Source: an uncultured Actinomycetes bacterium (lineage in GTDB: Bacteria; Actinomycetota; Thermoleophilia; RBG-16-64-13). Taken from it: DNA of 64,000 bases. The notes below the pieces were generated by a model that worked only from the letters and a program-made list of their open reading frames with translations, searched no databases and was not told where the DNA came from. The DNA lies in NCBI GenBank assembly GCA_963816155.1, contig CAWFJE010000002.1, forward strand, positions 130,980 through 194,979, read 5' to 3'. Shown one piece after another: positions 9,551 through 18,775 of the stretch (position 1 is the first letter of the stretch; every line of letters starts with the position of its first letter). A program made the translations under genes and the position numbers.

Positions 9551-9865
9551 TCACGAGAGCGCCGCCAAGCTCTCAGACCGGTCTACGAGCGCGTGGCGCA
9601 GTTGTTCATAGTCGTACATATGGAGACTACCGGTGGCGGCTCCCAAGATGCGCTCCACAGCTGTTTCGACCGCCCTCAACTTGACCAGCACCAGGCAAAC
9701 CTTGTCGATGTCCCCGATAGACTCGAGCAGCAGCGGCGAGATGGCGCGCGTTGCGCCCATCGACAGCCACATCGTCGCCTCGGCGGCAGCGTCTGGGTCC
9801 GGGCAGTCAAAGACGCCCTCGGCCGAACCATCGCGGACGATGGCGGTTAGAAGTGCCTGCACCAC
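9551..9865 (-). CDS. TetR-family C-terminal ligand-binding-domain-only protein (HTH missing; likely a truncated remnant)
   Basis: 104-aa ORF resembling TetR_C domains. There is no room for an N-terminal HTH because the DUF362 gene ends at 9870. GGGAGGA RBS precedes a GTG start. Confidence 0.4.
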   Translation of the reverse strand: MVQALLTAIVRDGSAEGVFDCPDPDAAAEATMWLSMGATRAISPLLLESIGDIDKVCLVLVKLRAVETAVERILGAATGSLHMYDYEQLRHALVDRSESLAALS

Positions 9866-9869
9866 CGAG

Positions 9870-11117
9870 TTAGTGGATTATCCTCCCCAGCAACGGTTGC
9901 TTTATCGCGATGGCCCGCTCCGGGCACAGCTCTTGACAGCAATAGCAGCGGATACACAGGGCGTAGTCGTGGACGGGCGGCCTCTTCTGGGCGCGCGCTT
10001 CGGGAGTGGCGAATTCCACGGCCTTCGGACTGACCGGGCACACGGCCGCACAGGTGCCGCACGCCGTACACAGGTCCGGGTCGATTGCAGGCCGGGGTAC
10101 CAGCCGGTTCCGGAAGAACCGGCCCAGCGGACCCGCGGTCGTTTCCGTCTCGCCGGTGGTGGACTGTCGCTTGCGGTTCACTACGAAACCCTCGTCGACG
10201 AACGAGTCCACAGAATCCCCCAGGACTTCGATATCGGAGGCCGTGCCCAGGCCGAACTCCTCGCCGTAGGTGATCGTAGGTACCAGAGACACATCGAGAG
10301 CTATGATGCGGCAGGCGACCGTATCGAGGGCGACGGGGTCATCCGAGAAGAGAAGGGCGTGGATGGGACGGGCGTCGCCGCTACGAGGGCCGTTGCCCTG
10401 CATGGCGACAATAGCGTCCATCGCGTAGAGGCGGGGACGCAGCAGCCGGTTGAGGTCCACAATCGCCTGGGCGAGCCGCTCCGGGGTACCCATGCGTACG
10501 TGAAACTCGCCCTTGAGCAGGCCTGGAACGCAGCCGAAGGTGTTCTTGACTGCGCCTGTCATGCGCGTGAGCCCATGGGCCTTCAGTTTGCAGATGGACA
10601 CCAGCCCGTCTGCGTCGAGGGCGCCTACGGCGACGGTGAACTGCTTCATCAGGCGCCCGTCCGGGTAGGAGACCATCCGGCCGGTGGAGAAATCGGCCTC
10701 ATCAATGCCAAACTCGTCAGCGACAGCGGCCAACCCGGCCTTGCGGGCCGCCCCCGCGGCTCGCCCAAAGCCTGGAGAGTCCCCCCAGCTCAGCCGGACG
10801 CCGGCGTCCTTGAGAAGCTGGGCCACCGCACGAAACACGGTCGGGTGAGGACTTACTAGGCCTTCGGGCGTGCTTGCGGCTAGAAGGCCTGGCTTAAGGA
10901 CGATGTATTCACCGGGCCGCACAAATCGGGTGGCGCCCCCGAGCAGATCCAGCCCCCGCCTGGTCGCCTCGAGCACGGCAGCCTCATCGTAATCGGGGCA
11001 GCGGACCAAAGCGACTAGGGCCCGCCCCAGCGCTGTGGATGATGACTCCGCCCCTGTAGCGGGCCATGGACTGGCGACCGTTTCATCCGGGCCTGGACCG
11101 CCTCCCGAGCCGGTCAT
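9870..11117 (-). CDS. DUF362 domain protein with C-terminal 2x[4Fe-4S] ferredoxin motifs
   Basis: MTGSGGG... start with RBS GAGGTGA. DUF362 core (GVPGLLKGEFHV... etc.) plus CTACGTCAAVCP and CIRCYCCQELCPERA clusters. Confidence 0.75.
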   Translation of the reverse strand: MTGSGGGPGPDETVASPWPATGAESSSTALGRALVALVRCPDYDEAAVLEATRRGLDLLGGATRFVRPGEYIVLKPGLLAASTPEGLVSPHPTVFRAVAQLLKDAGVRLSWGDSPGFGRAAGAARKAGLAAVADEFGIDEADFSTGRMVSYPDGRLMKQFTVAVGALDADGLVSICKLKAHGLTRMTGAVKNTFGCVPGLLKGEFHVRMGTPERLAQAIVDLNRLLRPRLYAMDAIVAMQGNGPRSGDARPIHALLFSDDPVALDTVACRIIALDVSLVPTITYGEEFGLGTASDIEVLGDSVDSFVDEGFVVNRKRQSTTGETETTAGPLGRFFRNRLVPRPAIDPDLCTACGTCAAVCPVSPKAVEFATPEARAQKRPPVHDYALCIRCYCCQELCPERAIAIKQPLLGRIIH

Positions 11118-11299
11118 CGACTCACCTCGATGGAGGTGGCAAGCCCCGGCGAGACCGCTGAGACCGGTGGTTTGCCCAGGTAGCTCTTCTGTCTGGCCAT
11201 ACTGACTCCCACTGCAAGGTTTGGTATGTGAATGTTCCCTCGCAAAGTGGTTACTATGCCTCGGCTCTTCGCGCACCCCGCTTCGCTCCGGCCGGGCGT

Positions 11300-11514
11300 G
11301 GGCAACGTTCACCGCCACACTGACCAAGGCGCGTGAGATTGTGCTCGGCAAGCGTCGCATCACCGCAGAGACCGCGCTTCGCCTGGCTCGCTACTTCGAC
11401 ACCACGCCTCAGCTTTGGCTGGGCCTGCAGTCTGACTACGACCTTGACGTCGCGTCGGATGAGATAGGGGCCCGTCTGGAGCGTGAGGTTCGGACGCACG
11501 CTGTGGCGGTGTAG
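11300..11514 (+). pseudogene. HigA-family (XRE HTH) antitoxin remnant; N-terminus degraded, no HigB partner
   Basis: C-terminal ...GKRRITAETALRLARYFDTTPQLWLGLQSDYDL matches the HigA signature. The upstream in-frame sequence is non-homologous. Confidence 0.45.
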
Positions 11515-11706
11515 CACTGCGTCGGGGCAGGCGGAAGCCAAGGCCGGCTCAGGGGCGTATCGCGCACAACAAGTATCATTCCGACAGCCCCCCCGCTCTG
11601 CTACCATGCGAACCTACGCCAATCACTGAGGGAGGCCTTTATCTTCAAGGTAGAAGCGAGTGGACAGGAGTCTTGCGAGCTCCCTCCTAACAGCAGCTTT
11701 GTTCTC

Positions 11707-11991
11707 GTGCGAGTTCCCATTCGCATCGAAGGCGAGGGCCGGCCAGACGAGGCCACTTTTCACTACAGCATCGGTTCATTTCGTGGTCGGGACACCGCCC
11801 TCTCCCTGCGGGCAGGCGCCCAGACCACACTTCGCTTTCGCATCCCCTTGGAACTCTTTCGTTCTCGGGAGCACCTCATCATCACGATCCTTGCTGAGAC
11901 GCCCGGCGGAGAAGAGCGAGTTCTTTGGCTCCAGCGCTGGGAGGCCGCCTGGCAAGGCAAGGCTCCGTCCTTGGAGCCACTGGGCGAATAG
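11707..11991 (+). CDS. hypothetical small protein (94 aa)
   Basis: ORF only; no recognisable motif. Lies in the decayed island. Confidence 0.2.
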   Translation: MRVPIRIEGEGRPDEATFHYSIGSFRGRDTALSLRAGAQTTLRFRIPLELFRSREHLIITILAETPGGEERVLWLQRWEAAWQGKAPSLEPLGE

Positions 11992-12178
11992 GCCAAGCGG
12001 ACCGGCATTCAGCCGGTTGCGGCGCCCACAGGGTGGCGCATCATTTTGGACTAGGGTAGGACGCAAGGGTAGGTGACGTCCGCCCGCAGGGCTTCAGCCC
12101 CGAAGCGCACGGCGGCTAGGAGCGTGTCGGGAAAACCACGCACGTGAAGTCTAGACTCTCCCGGGCCGGGCGGGTAGT

Positions 12179-12390
12179 GTGGCTGGAAACGATCCAGGAG
12201 GCGTGCTCGTGGCCCGGGATTTTCTACCCTATGATCTCGATCAGCAGTATCTCCTTCCCCCCAGCCTGAAAGACTGGCTGCCCGCTGGTCACCTGGTCGT
12301 CTTCGTCTCCGACGTGGTCGACTCCCTGGATCTCTCGGCCGTCATGGACACGTACCAGAAAGACGAGCTTCGCGGCCGCCCCGGATACAA
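12179..12390 (+). mobile_element. IS1182/IS5-type transposase N-terminal fragment (Transposase_InsH_N-like); truncated IS remnant
   Basis: ARDFLPYDLDQQYLLPPSLKDWLPAGHLVVFVSDVVDSLDLSAVMDTYQKDELRGRPGYN matches the conserved N-terminus of IS1182-family transposases (DxxLPYDPxxxLLPPxLxDWLPEDHLAxFVxDVVDxLDLS). Homology ends at about 12388. No DDE domain and no inverted repeats were seen. Confidence 0.6.
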
Positions 12391-12729
12391 CGCTCGCCCA
12401 TCTCGCCGACATCGTCGACTGCTGCGAGGCGATCGCCGCCACTATGCAGGGCGTCGACCGTCACTTACGAGTCCACCCGAACGCTCCGGTCGGCGGTGGA
12501 GCGCGAGTTCCCCGTCATTGGGGAGGCCGTCAAAAGACTGTCGAGGATCGACCCCGCGCTCTCGTCGCGCATCTCCCACGCTCGAATGATCGTCGGCTTT
12601 CGCAATCAGTTTGTTCACGACTGCGTGGCGATCGTCGACAAGGTAGTGGGGACCATCGCCCTGAATGACGCCCCGATTCTGCGGGAAGAGTGCGCCAAGC
12701 TCATCCGGGAATTGCAGGAGCCAGAATAG
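12387..12729 (+). pseudogene. HepT-family (DUF86) toxin, frameshifted remnant
   Basis: Frame 0 reads LAHLADIVDCCEAIAATMQGVD (HepT N-terminal helix). A 1-nt shift near 12455 leads to frame 1: TYESTRTLRSAVEREFPVIGEAVKRLS...IVGFRNQFVHDC... (the Rx4HxY-like motif is degenerate). The MntA partner is absent and replaced by the IS fragment. Confidence 0.5.
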
Positions 12730-12865
12730 TCGAAATCGGCCCGGAAGCTGGAGTGGCCCGTCTGCCGCTCGGCAGTACGTGCCAATGAGCGGGCTCTCGC
12801 CCCAAGCCTCCGGGCCGACTACAATTCAAATGAGGAGAATCCTTCGAGAACACGGGGGGAGAAGA

Positions 12866-13303
12866 ATGGCAGAGAAGAGCTTTACCAAGGAAGATGTGCT
12901 GAAGAAGGTACCCCTATTCAGCAGGTTGAGCAAGAAGAACCTGGTAGAGGTCGTCCGAATAGCGGATGTGGTTGAAGTGCCGGCGGGCAAGGTCTTGGTC
13001 AAAGAAGATACGCGAAGCTTCGAATTCCTCATGATCCTGGAAGGTCAGGCGAAGGCTGAACAATGCGGGAGACTGCTCGGCCGACTCTCCCAGAACGATT
13101 TCTTTGGAGAAATAGGCCTCATCGCGCAGAGGCCTAGCCCAGCTACCGTTACGGCCGAGACTGCCGTGAAGCTCCTTGTGGTAGGGCCGAGGCACTTCGA
13201 GGGTCTGCTCGACAGGGTGCCTGATCTATGGAAGGAAATCGCGATCGCTCTTTGCGACTACATCCCCAGCACCTGTGATTTCCCATTGGAACTGGAGACG
13301 TAA
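12866..13303 (+). CDS. cyclic-nucleotide-binding domain protein (stand-alone cNMP-binding domain, no DNA-binding HTH)
   Basis: RBS GGGGGAGAAGA upstream of ATG 12866. cNMP motif FGEIGLI...RPSPATVTAETAVKLLVV (PF00027). Confidence 0.65.
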   Translation: MAEKSFTKEDVLKKVPLFSRLSKKNLVEVVRIADVVEVPAGKVLVKEDTRSFEFLMILEGQAKAEQCGRLLGRLSQNDFFGEIGLIAQRPSPATVTAETAVKLLVVGPRHFEGLLDRVPDLWKEIAIALCDYIPSTCDFPLELET

Positions 13304-13363
13304 CGCGTAACACGGTGAGTGCGCGCTGGGACTAGGTGAGGCCCTGCGCCAAAGGGAGGCCCG

Positions 13364-13996
13364 TTGAAAAGAGCCCGCAGCACTCGGCGGACGAAGGCTG
13401 AAAGACAGCGAGAGATCGCCGAGGCCACCCTGAAGTTGGTCGCCAGATACGGCGTCCACGGCACGACCGTTTCTCGCATCGCCGCGGCCGTCGGGCTCTC
13501 GCGAGGGGCTCTGTACAAGCATTATTCGAACCGAGAAGCGGTCCTTCTGGCCGCCATGGACCTCATGGATGAGCGACCACCCGGTTGGGTGGCCGGGTCA
13601 TCTGGACCCGACGTCTACAGCCGTCTCCTCGACATGGGTGACCGCCATGCCTCCTGGGCTTCATCTGAATTCGAAACGTTTATCCATCCGCTCTTCGAGT
13701 TCATCGCCGCCGGCAGACAGGGGAGCCTCAGCAAAGAGATGGGCGTGAGGCAACTCAGAGTCCTCGATGCCTTCATCAATCTCGTCGACGAAGGGAAAAG
13801 GGAGGGAAGCATCCGCGCGGAGGTCGATTCCAACGATGTGGCCTGGAGCCTTCTGATGTTTGCCTGGGCAGAGGATGTCGCCCGGCTGATGGGAGTGGAC
13901 CAATTGATCACCAGCGGCGCGTCTAACAGGATCTTCAGGCGTATGCTCGCTGACGTGGCAGCGCTCCCTTCGGGCAATCGAGAGGGCGATTCCTAG
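13364..13996 (+). CDS. TetR/AcrR family transcriptional regulator
   Basis: N-terminal HTH REIAEATLKLVARYGVHGTTVSRIAAAVGLSRGALYKHYSNREAV. Confidence 0.85.
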   Translation: MKRARSTRRTKAERQREIAEATLKLVARYGVHGTTVSRIAAAVGLSRGALYKHYSNREAVLLAAMDLMDERPPGWVAGSSGPDVYSRLLDMGDRHASWASSEFETFIHPLFEFIAAGRQGSLSKEMGVRQLRVLDAFINLVDEGKREGSIRAEVDSNDVAWSLLMFAWAEDVARLMGVDQLITSGASNRIFRRMLADVAALPSGNREGDS

Positions 13997-14158
13997 CGGC
14001 ACCAAGCAGGACTCCCCACTGCATTGACCAGCTTCGTTGTTTCTGCTAGGTTGGTCTTGCTGACTCGGTAAACGACCGTTCACCACGTGGCTCCTTCTGA
14101 ACTGTTGCGTCTCAATCACATTCATCAAGGGGGGCATCATGGAAACGGAGGCGCATCG

Positions 14159-14401
14159 GTGAACACAATTGATATCGACCTTGCCGCCTGTAACGGCTGC
14201 CAGATCTGCTACCGAGCCTGCTTCGTGGACGTCTTTCGCTGGGACGAGGCCGCGAAGCGGCCTATCGTTACCTACCCGGAAGACTGCGTGCAGTGCAATC
14301 TCTGTGAACTCAACTGCCCGACCGATGCCGTCACAGTGACCGTCGACTGGGACAAGCCCTTCCCCTCCTCTTTGGAGGGTCGGCCGAGGTACCCGGCATG
14401 A
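14159..14401 (+). CDS. 2x[4Fe-4S] ferredoxin
   Basis: CNGCQICYRAC and CVQCNLCELNCP clusters. GTG at 14159 with GGAGG 8 nt upstream. The stop overlaps the ATG of the next gene (ATGA). Confidence 0.7.
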   Translation: MNTIDIDLAACNGCQICYRACFVDVFRWDEAAKRPIVTYPEDCVQCNLCELNCPTDAVTVTVDWDKPFPSSLEGRPRYPA

Positions 14402-16119
14402 GCGCGCTGGATGGACTGGGCGCCGTCCGCGAATCAGACGTCCTCGTCGTCGGTGGCGGCATCGCAGGACTGGCTGCGGCCATCGCCACCAAGGAGAAGT
14501 CCTCGGCGACGCGGGTGCTGGTTGTGGATAAGAACTTCAGCGGCTGGGCTGGCCAGGCGAACAAAGGGGCGGGGATCTTCATGTTCCTCGGCCCGGATGA
14601 CCCTGTCGACCGGTTTCTGGAGTATCACACGCAGAACATCGGGATGTTCATCGAGGACCAGGTGCTGCTGGGCGAGTTCGCGTCCGAATCCTTGGCTACC
14701 ATCGAGAAGCTGGACTCCTGGTGCCACACGTTCTGCCGCAGGGCGGACGGCGTCCTGGCCACCGACACCTTCAAGCCCGGCCTTCCCTGGCGTCTGGCCG
14801 CCGCCGAGTTGGACACACAGATGAAGGCACAGCGCCACGCTAGGCGGCTTGGCGTGGAGTTCCTCGAGAAGACCGCGGTGATAGATGTGCTCAAGGAGGG
14901 TGACCGCGCGGCGGGAGCCATCGGGTTCAGCATGCTCGACGGCTCGTGCCAACTGTTCAGGGCGAAAGCCGTGATCCTCGCGACCGGCGGCCAGAGCTAC
15001 CGCATCCTCTCGATGTGGAACGGCGCCCGGGGCGATGGGATTGCAGCCGCCTATCGGGCCGGGGCCCAGATGCGGAACGCCGAGTTCGGCTCCTTCATGC
15101 AACTCGTGAACAAGAGAAGCAAGGAGCCCCTCCTCGGCGCCGAAGATGCCCTCTATAACGCCAAAGGCGAGTTCCTCTCCGATTGGCGGGGAGAGTTCGA
15201 GCCCGACATAGACTCGATGGCCGGCGCGGCGTGGTACAGGGAGATGATGGCCGGGCGCGGTCCCGTGGTCACCCATAACGACGAGAACTGGCTGCTGCAG
15301 CACACGACCAGACACACCGAGAAGGGTGGCCACGGGGATGACGCGTCCGAACTCTGGACACGACCGAAGGCGGAGGCTTTCTGGAGCCGGCTTCTCTCCA
15401 AGGCGGCGGAGGCCGACGGGCGCGGTCCGGTGTCGGAGGTATTCCCGGGCTTGCTGGCCGAGTTGTCGCCGGTCAGGGTGGATCATCGGATGGCTACCTC
15501 CGTCCCAGGTCTCTACGCGGTGGGGAATACGGCGACGAGCGGTTGCGCCATGGCCGGCGCCGTGCCGGCCTCTCCTGGTCGGGTGCGCGGAAAGGCCCTC
15601 ACCTCATCGGTGTGGATGGGGATTACCGCGGCGGCCGCGGCGCTCGAATATGCGGGGCAGGTGGCGATCGGGCGACCGGAACCCGACCGGGCCGTGGCGA
15701 GAAGAGCCGAGATCTATGCCCCGTTGGAGCGGACGCAAGGCATAAGCCCCATGGACCTCATCAGAGGTGTTCAGGCAGCGATGGCCCCAGTCGGCTACTC
15801 GATCTACAAGAAACGTGAGCGGCTGGAGGAGGCCCTTTCCCTCGTGCTGGAGGCCCGCGATCACGTCCCCGAACTCACGGCCGCGGACCCACATCATCTG
15901 GCTGCCGCCAACGAAGCCCGGTCAATGATCCTGTGCTCCGAGGTGTTCTATCGCGCCTCGCTAGCCCGCACGGAATCCCGCGGTTGGCATCTGCGCGAGG
16001 ACTTCCCGGGTCGCGACGATGCCGGTTGGCTCAAATGGATCATTGTTCAAGACGAAGACGGCGAGATGCTCGTCTCGACCGAGGACGTGCCCATCCACAC
16101 TTACCCGTTCCGACCGTAG
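14398..16119 (+). CDS. FAD-binding flavoprotein of the fumarate-reductase / succinate-dehydrogenase / AprA superfamily (FAD_binding_2), cytoplasmic, ferredoxin-coupled
   Basis: N-terminal dinucleotide fold VLVVGGGIAGLAAAIA; ATGGQSYR, GLYAVGNTA, and C-terminal ESRGWHLREDFPGRDD (a typical Frd/Sdh active-site arginine region). Confidence 0.75.
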   Translation: MSALDGLGAVRESDVLVVGGGIAGLAAAIATKEKSSATRVLVVDKNFSGWAGQANKGAGIFMFLGPDDPVDRFLEYHTQNIGMFIEDQVLLGEFASESLATIEKLDSWCHTFCRRADGVLATDTFKPGLPWRLAAAELDTQMKAQRHARRLGVEFLEKTAVIDVLKEGDRAAGAIGFSMLDGSCQLFRAKAVILATGGQSYRILSMWNGARGDGIAAAYRAGAQMRNAEFGSFMQLVNKRSKEPLLGAEDALYNAKGEFLSDWRGEFEPDIDSMAGAAWYREMMAGRGPVVTHNDENWLLQHTTRHTEKGGHGDDASELWTRPKAEAFWSRLLSKAAEADGRGPVSEVFPGLLAELSPVRVDHRMATSVPGLYAVGNTATSGCAMAGAVPASPGRVRGKALTSSVWMGITAAAAALEYAGQVAIGRPEPDRAVARRAEIYAPLERTQGISPMDLIRGVQAAMAPVGYSIYKKRERLEEALSLVLEARDHVPELTAADPHHLAAANEARSMILCSEVFYRASLARTESRGWHLREDFPGRDDAGWLKWIIVQDEDGEMLVSTEDVPIHTYPFRP

Positions 16120-16134
16120 CCCCCGGAGGACACC

Positions 16135-17901
16135 ATGCCCGAAGACCGCGCGTACTACGACAGCATGATCAAAGACTACGACCTCGCAGTGCCCATGCGG
16201 GACGGCGTCACTCTACGGGTAGACGTCTATCGCCCGGATGCCCCTGGCAAGTTCCCGGTACTCTACACTTGCGCCTTGCACAACAAAGACCTGCAACGCG
16301 TGGAGGTAGCTGAGAACCTCAAGGTGGGGCAGCCCGCGTGGTCCACTCAGTGGTACGGAGTGGTCGAGGCGGGCGACTCCAAGCGTTTCGTGGCCAACGG
16401 CTACGTCCACGTGATCGGCCAGGTGCGGGGCGGGCACAAGTCCGAGGGCCGGTACGGCGTCGGAGATGACTGGGACCACTACGACGCCATCGAGTGGATC
16501 ACACGCCAGCCTTGGTGCGACGGCAACGTGGGAATGACGGGCATATCTGCGTTCGCGAACGAGCAATGGCGGGCAGCCGCCCAGGGGCACCCGGCGCTCA
16601 AGGCCATCTTCCCGCTGGATTCCGGCGGCTGCTACGGTGGTCTCGAGGGGTTCAGGGACCAGCACCCCGGGGGCGTCATCCAGACCATGCCCTACCATAT
16701 CGGGATGAACAACAGCATGCACACGAACATCGACACCCCGCCGGAGTTACCGCCGCCCCTTGACGAAGCGTGGCAGGCGGCCATGCAGAACCCCGACTAC
16801 ATGATGTACGTGAACCTACACAACATCCTCACCATGCGCGGGCAGCGAGACCCAGGCATGTTCTATCCCCTGCTCTTTCCGTTCGAGCACCCGGGGACCA
16901 TCGAGCGCACCGAAGAGATGTTCCGGAAGATCAAGATCCCCTTTGTCACCGGGGCGTTCGAGGGCGCCTACACCTACAAGATGCATTGGCAGGGGGCGCA
17001 GCACTTCTTCTACGGAGTCGACGCGCCCCACAAGCATCTGTTGATCGCTCCGCCGGCCCACTCGGAGCGCCCGTTCCACGAGTGGCACGATGAGATCATC
17101 CGCTGGTATGACCACTGGCTCAAGGGGATCGACAATGGCGTCGAGGACGACCCCGTCGTGAGGGTCTGGATCCAGGGCGAGAACAGGTGGCGCACCTATG
17201 GCGGCTGGCCCGTCCCCGCAACGCAGTGGACCAAGTTCTATCTGCACAACTGGGAGAAGCTCAGCACCAGAGGCCACCTGCCGGCGGCCCACACCTATGT
17301 CAACGAGCCGCCGGATGCGTTCGTGCAGATGCCCCCGACACAGACCAACAAGATCGAGCGGCTGCGCTACCTCACCGAGCCGCTGGCGGACGAGCTGCTC
17401 GTGGTCGGGCCCATCTCGCTGACCTTCTGGGCGTCCTTGGACGAGGACGACACCAACTGGATCGTTATCCTCAAGGATGTGGGCCCGGATGTCTCCGTAC
17501 AGACGGCGCGGCCCGGGGAGCGCGAGCTCCCCAAAGACCTACCGGAGAGGGAGCTGACCCGCGGGTGGCTCAAGGCCTCCCGCCGCCGGCTCGACCCCGA
17601 GCGCTCCAAACCCTGGAAGCCGTGGCACACGTTGAGCCCCGAGACCATCCAGCCGGTGGTGCCGGGCGAGATCAACGAGTATCAGGTGGAGATCCTTTCA
17701 ACGGCCAACCTGTTCGAGCGTGGTCACCGCATCTGCCTGGAGATCACCAGCCTCGACCTAGCCGAGGGCGTCGCCGGCGAGACTTACGCCGAGTACATGC
17801 CGAACCACGTCTGCTCCAGCAAGACGGTGCTCCATAAGATCTTTCACAACGCGGAGTACCCATCGCACCTGCTGCTGCCGGTGATCCCGCCAGCGGAGTA
17901 G
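16135..17901 (+). CDS. CocE/NonD family alpha/beta hydrolase (peptidase S15 / X-Pro dipeptidyl-peptidase-like) with C-terminal galactose-binding-like domain
   Basis: YTCALHNKD, GMTGISAFANEQW (nucleophile elbow GxSxxA) and a C-terminal beta-sandwich, typical of CocE/NonD. Confidence 0.8.
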   Translation: MPEDRAYYDSMIKDYDLAVPMRDGVTLRVDVYRPDAPGKFPVLYTCALHNKDLQRVEVAENLKVGQPAWSTQWYGVVEAGDSKRFVANGYVHVIGQVRGGHKSEGRYGVGDDWDHYDAIEWITRQPWCDGNVGMTGISAFANEQWRAAAQGHPALKAIFPLDSGGCYGGLEGFRDQHPGGVIQTMPYHIGMNNSMHTNIDTPPELPPPLDEAWQAAMQNPDYMMYVNLHNILTMRGQRDPGMFYPLLFPFEHPGTIERTEEMFRKIKIPFVTGAFEGAYTYKMHWQGAQHFFYGVDAPHKHLLIAPPAHSERPFHEWHDEIIRWYDHWLKGIDNGVEDDPVVRVWIQGENRWRTYGGWPVPATQWTKFYLHNWEKLSTRGHLPAAHTYVNEPPDAFVQMPPTQTNKIERLRYLTEPLADELLVVGPISLTFWASLDEDDTNWIVILKDVGPDVSVQTARPGERELPKDLPERELTRGWLKASRRRLDPERSKPWKPWHTLSPETIQPVVPGEINEYQVEILSTANLFERGHRICLEITSLDLAEGVAGETYAEYMPNHVCSSKTVLHKIFHNAEYPSHLLLPVIPPAE

Positions 17902-17972
17902 TATCGGTCAAGGATCATCGTCCGGTTTGTAGACCTGCTGAAGGAAAGTCGTCATCCACGGCATGGTGGCTT

Positions 17973-18700
17973 TCAATGGACGATCCCGAGTTCTTGCGTC
18001 AGGGCACGGAGGTCCGCAACGAACTGCTTGTCCAGTATCACGACTCCACCGGCACCGGACTGTAGTTCCATGATCAGGCATGCAACATCATGTCCATGAT
18101 CCCTCAGTAGCCTCTCACAAGCGGGGAAATCGTTCTGGGGCAGGACTACCGTGTTTGCGGTCGCCTGTGCAGTAATGCCGGCGGAGTCCGGAAGTGGCGT
18201 CGGATGGTCGGCCGGGCCGGGAAACCTCTCAGGAGAGGGGTGCCCGGAGATCTGAAGGTCATCGATGAAACCGTGATACCCGCCTTCGAACCGTGCGATC
18301 TTGCTCTTGCCGGTATGACCTCTTGCGATTCGCACTGCACTGATGCACGCCTCGCTGGCAGAACACGTGAACTTGATCCTCTGGACGGAGGGCACGCGTT
18401 GGCATATCAACTCCGCCAGACGACGTTCGTACCGCGTGGGATTGCCAAAGGAAAAGCCTTTGGGAAGAGCTTCGAGAATCGCTTGGTTGATGGCCGGGTG
18501 ATTGTGGCCTAGAACATTGACGGTGAAGTTGCCTGGTGAGAGACATGATGGCCGAGCGAGAACTCGGAAAGGGAAGCCCATCTCAACCGTATGCTTGAAG
18601 TCTGCTCCATTGAAGACGTCCGGGTCCTGGGCGACGTTGGGGGGCGGGCCAAAGAGAAGCTTTCTGCCATGGGCGCCGTGATGTACGAGCGCCTCGCAGG
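17973..18700 (-). pseudogene. class-III (PLP-dependent) aminotransferase, truncated at both ends; pseudogene in a lower-GC segment
   Basis: ...NVLGHNHPAINQAILEAL...TCSASEACISAVRIARGHTGKSKIARFEGGYHG...ELGIVH then stop. The continuation LIFDEV...K(PLP) is missing. The frame opens directly after an in-frame TGA with no start codon until an internal M. GC is ~52-57% versus ~66% elsewhere. Confidence 0.6.
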
Positions 18701-18721
18701 CTTCTCACGTTAACGATTCAA

Positions 18722-18775
18722 GTGAGCGGTGATGGACTCGAACCATCGGCCCTCGGATTGCAGGAACGATGGCCG
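18722..18775 (-). other. tRNA 3'-half-like fragment (T-arm GATGG-TTCGAGT-CCATC + acceptor-like ACCGCTCA); no complete cloverleaf; possible integration-site (att) remnant
   Basis: GGTTCGAGTCC T-loop consensus is present on the minus strand. I could not fold anticodon/D arms or find a pairing 5' acceptor strand. Confidence 0.3.

Noticed and set aside
9633-10859. 408-aa plus-strand ORF
   Set aside because: Antisense to the DUF362 gene.
11560-11700. Structured ncRNA in the gap before the small ORF (GGGAGG...CTCCC pairing)
   Set aside because: Only a 5-6 bp potential stem closing a 47-nt loop; no conserved riboswitch-like core recognised.
14434-15486. 350-aa minus-strand ORF
   Set aside because: Antisense to the FAD flavoprotein.
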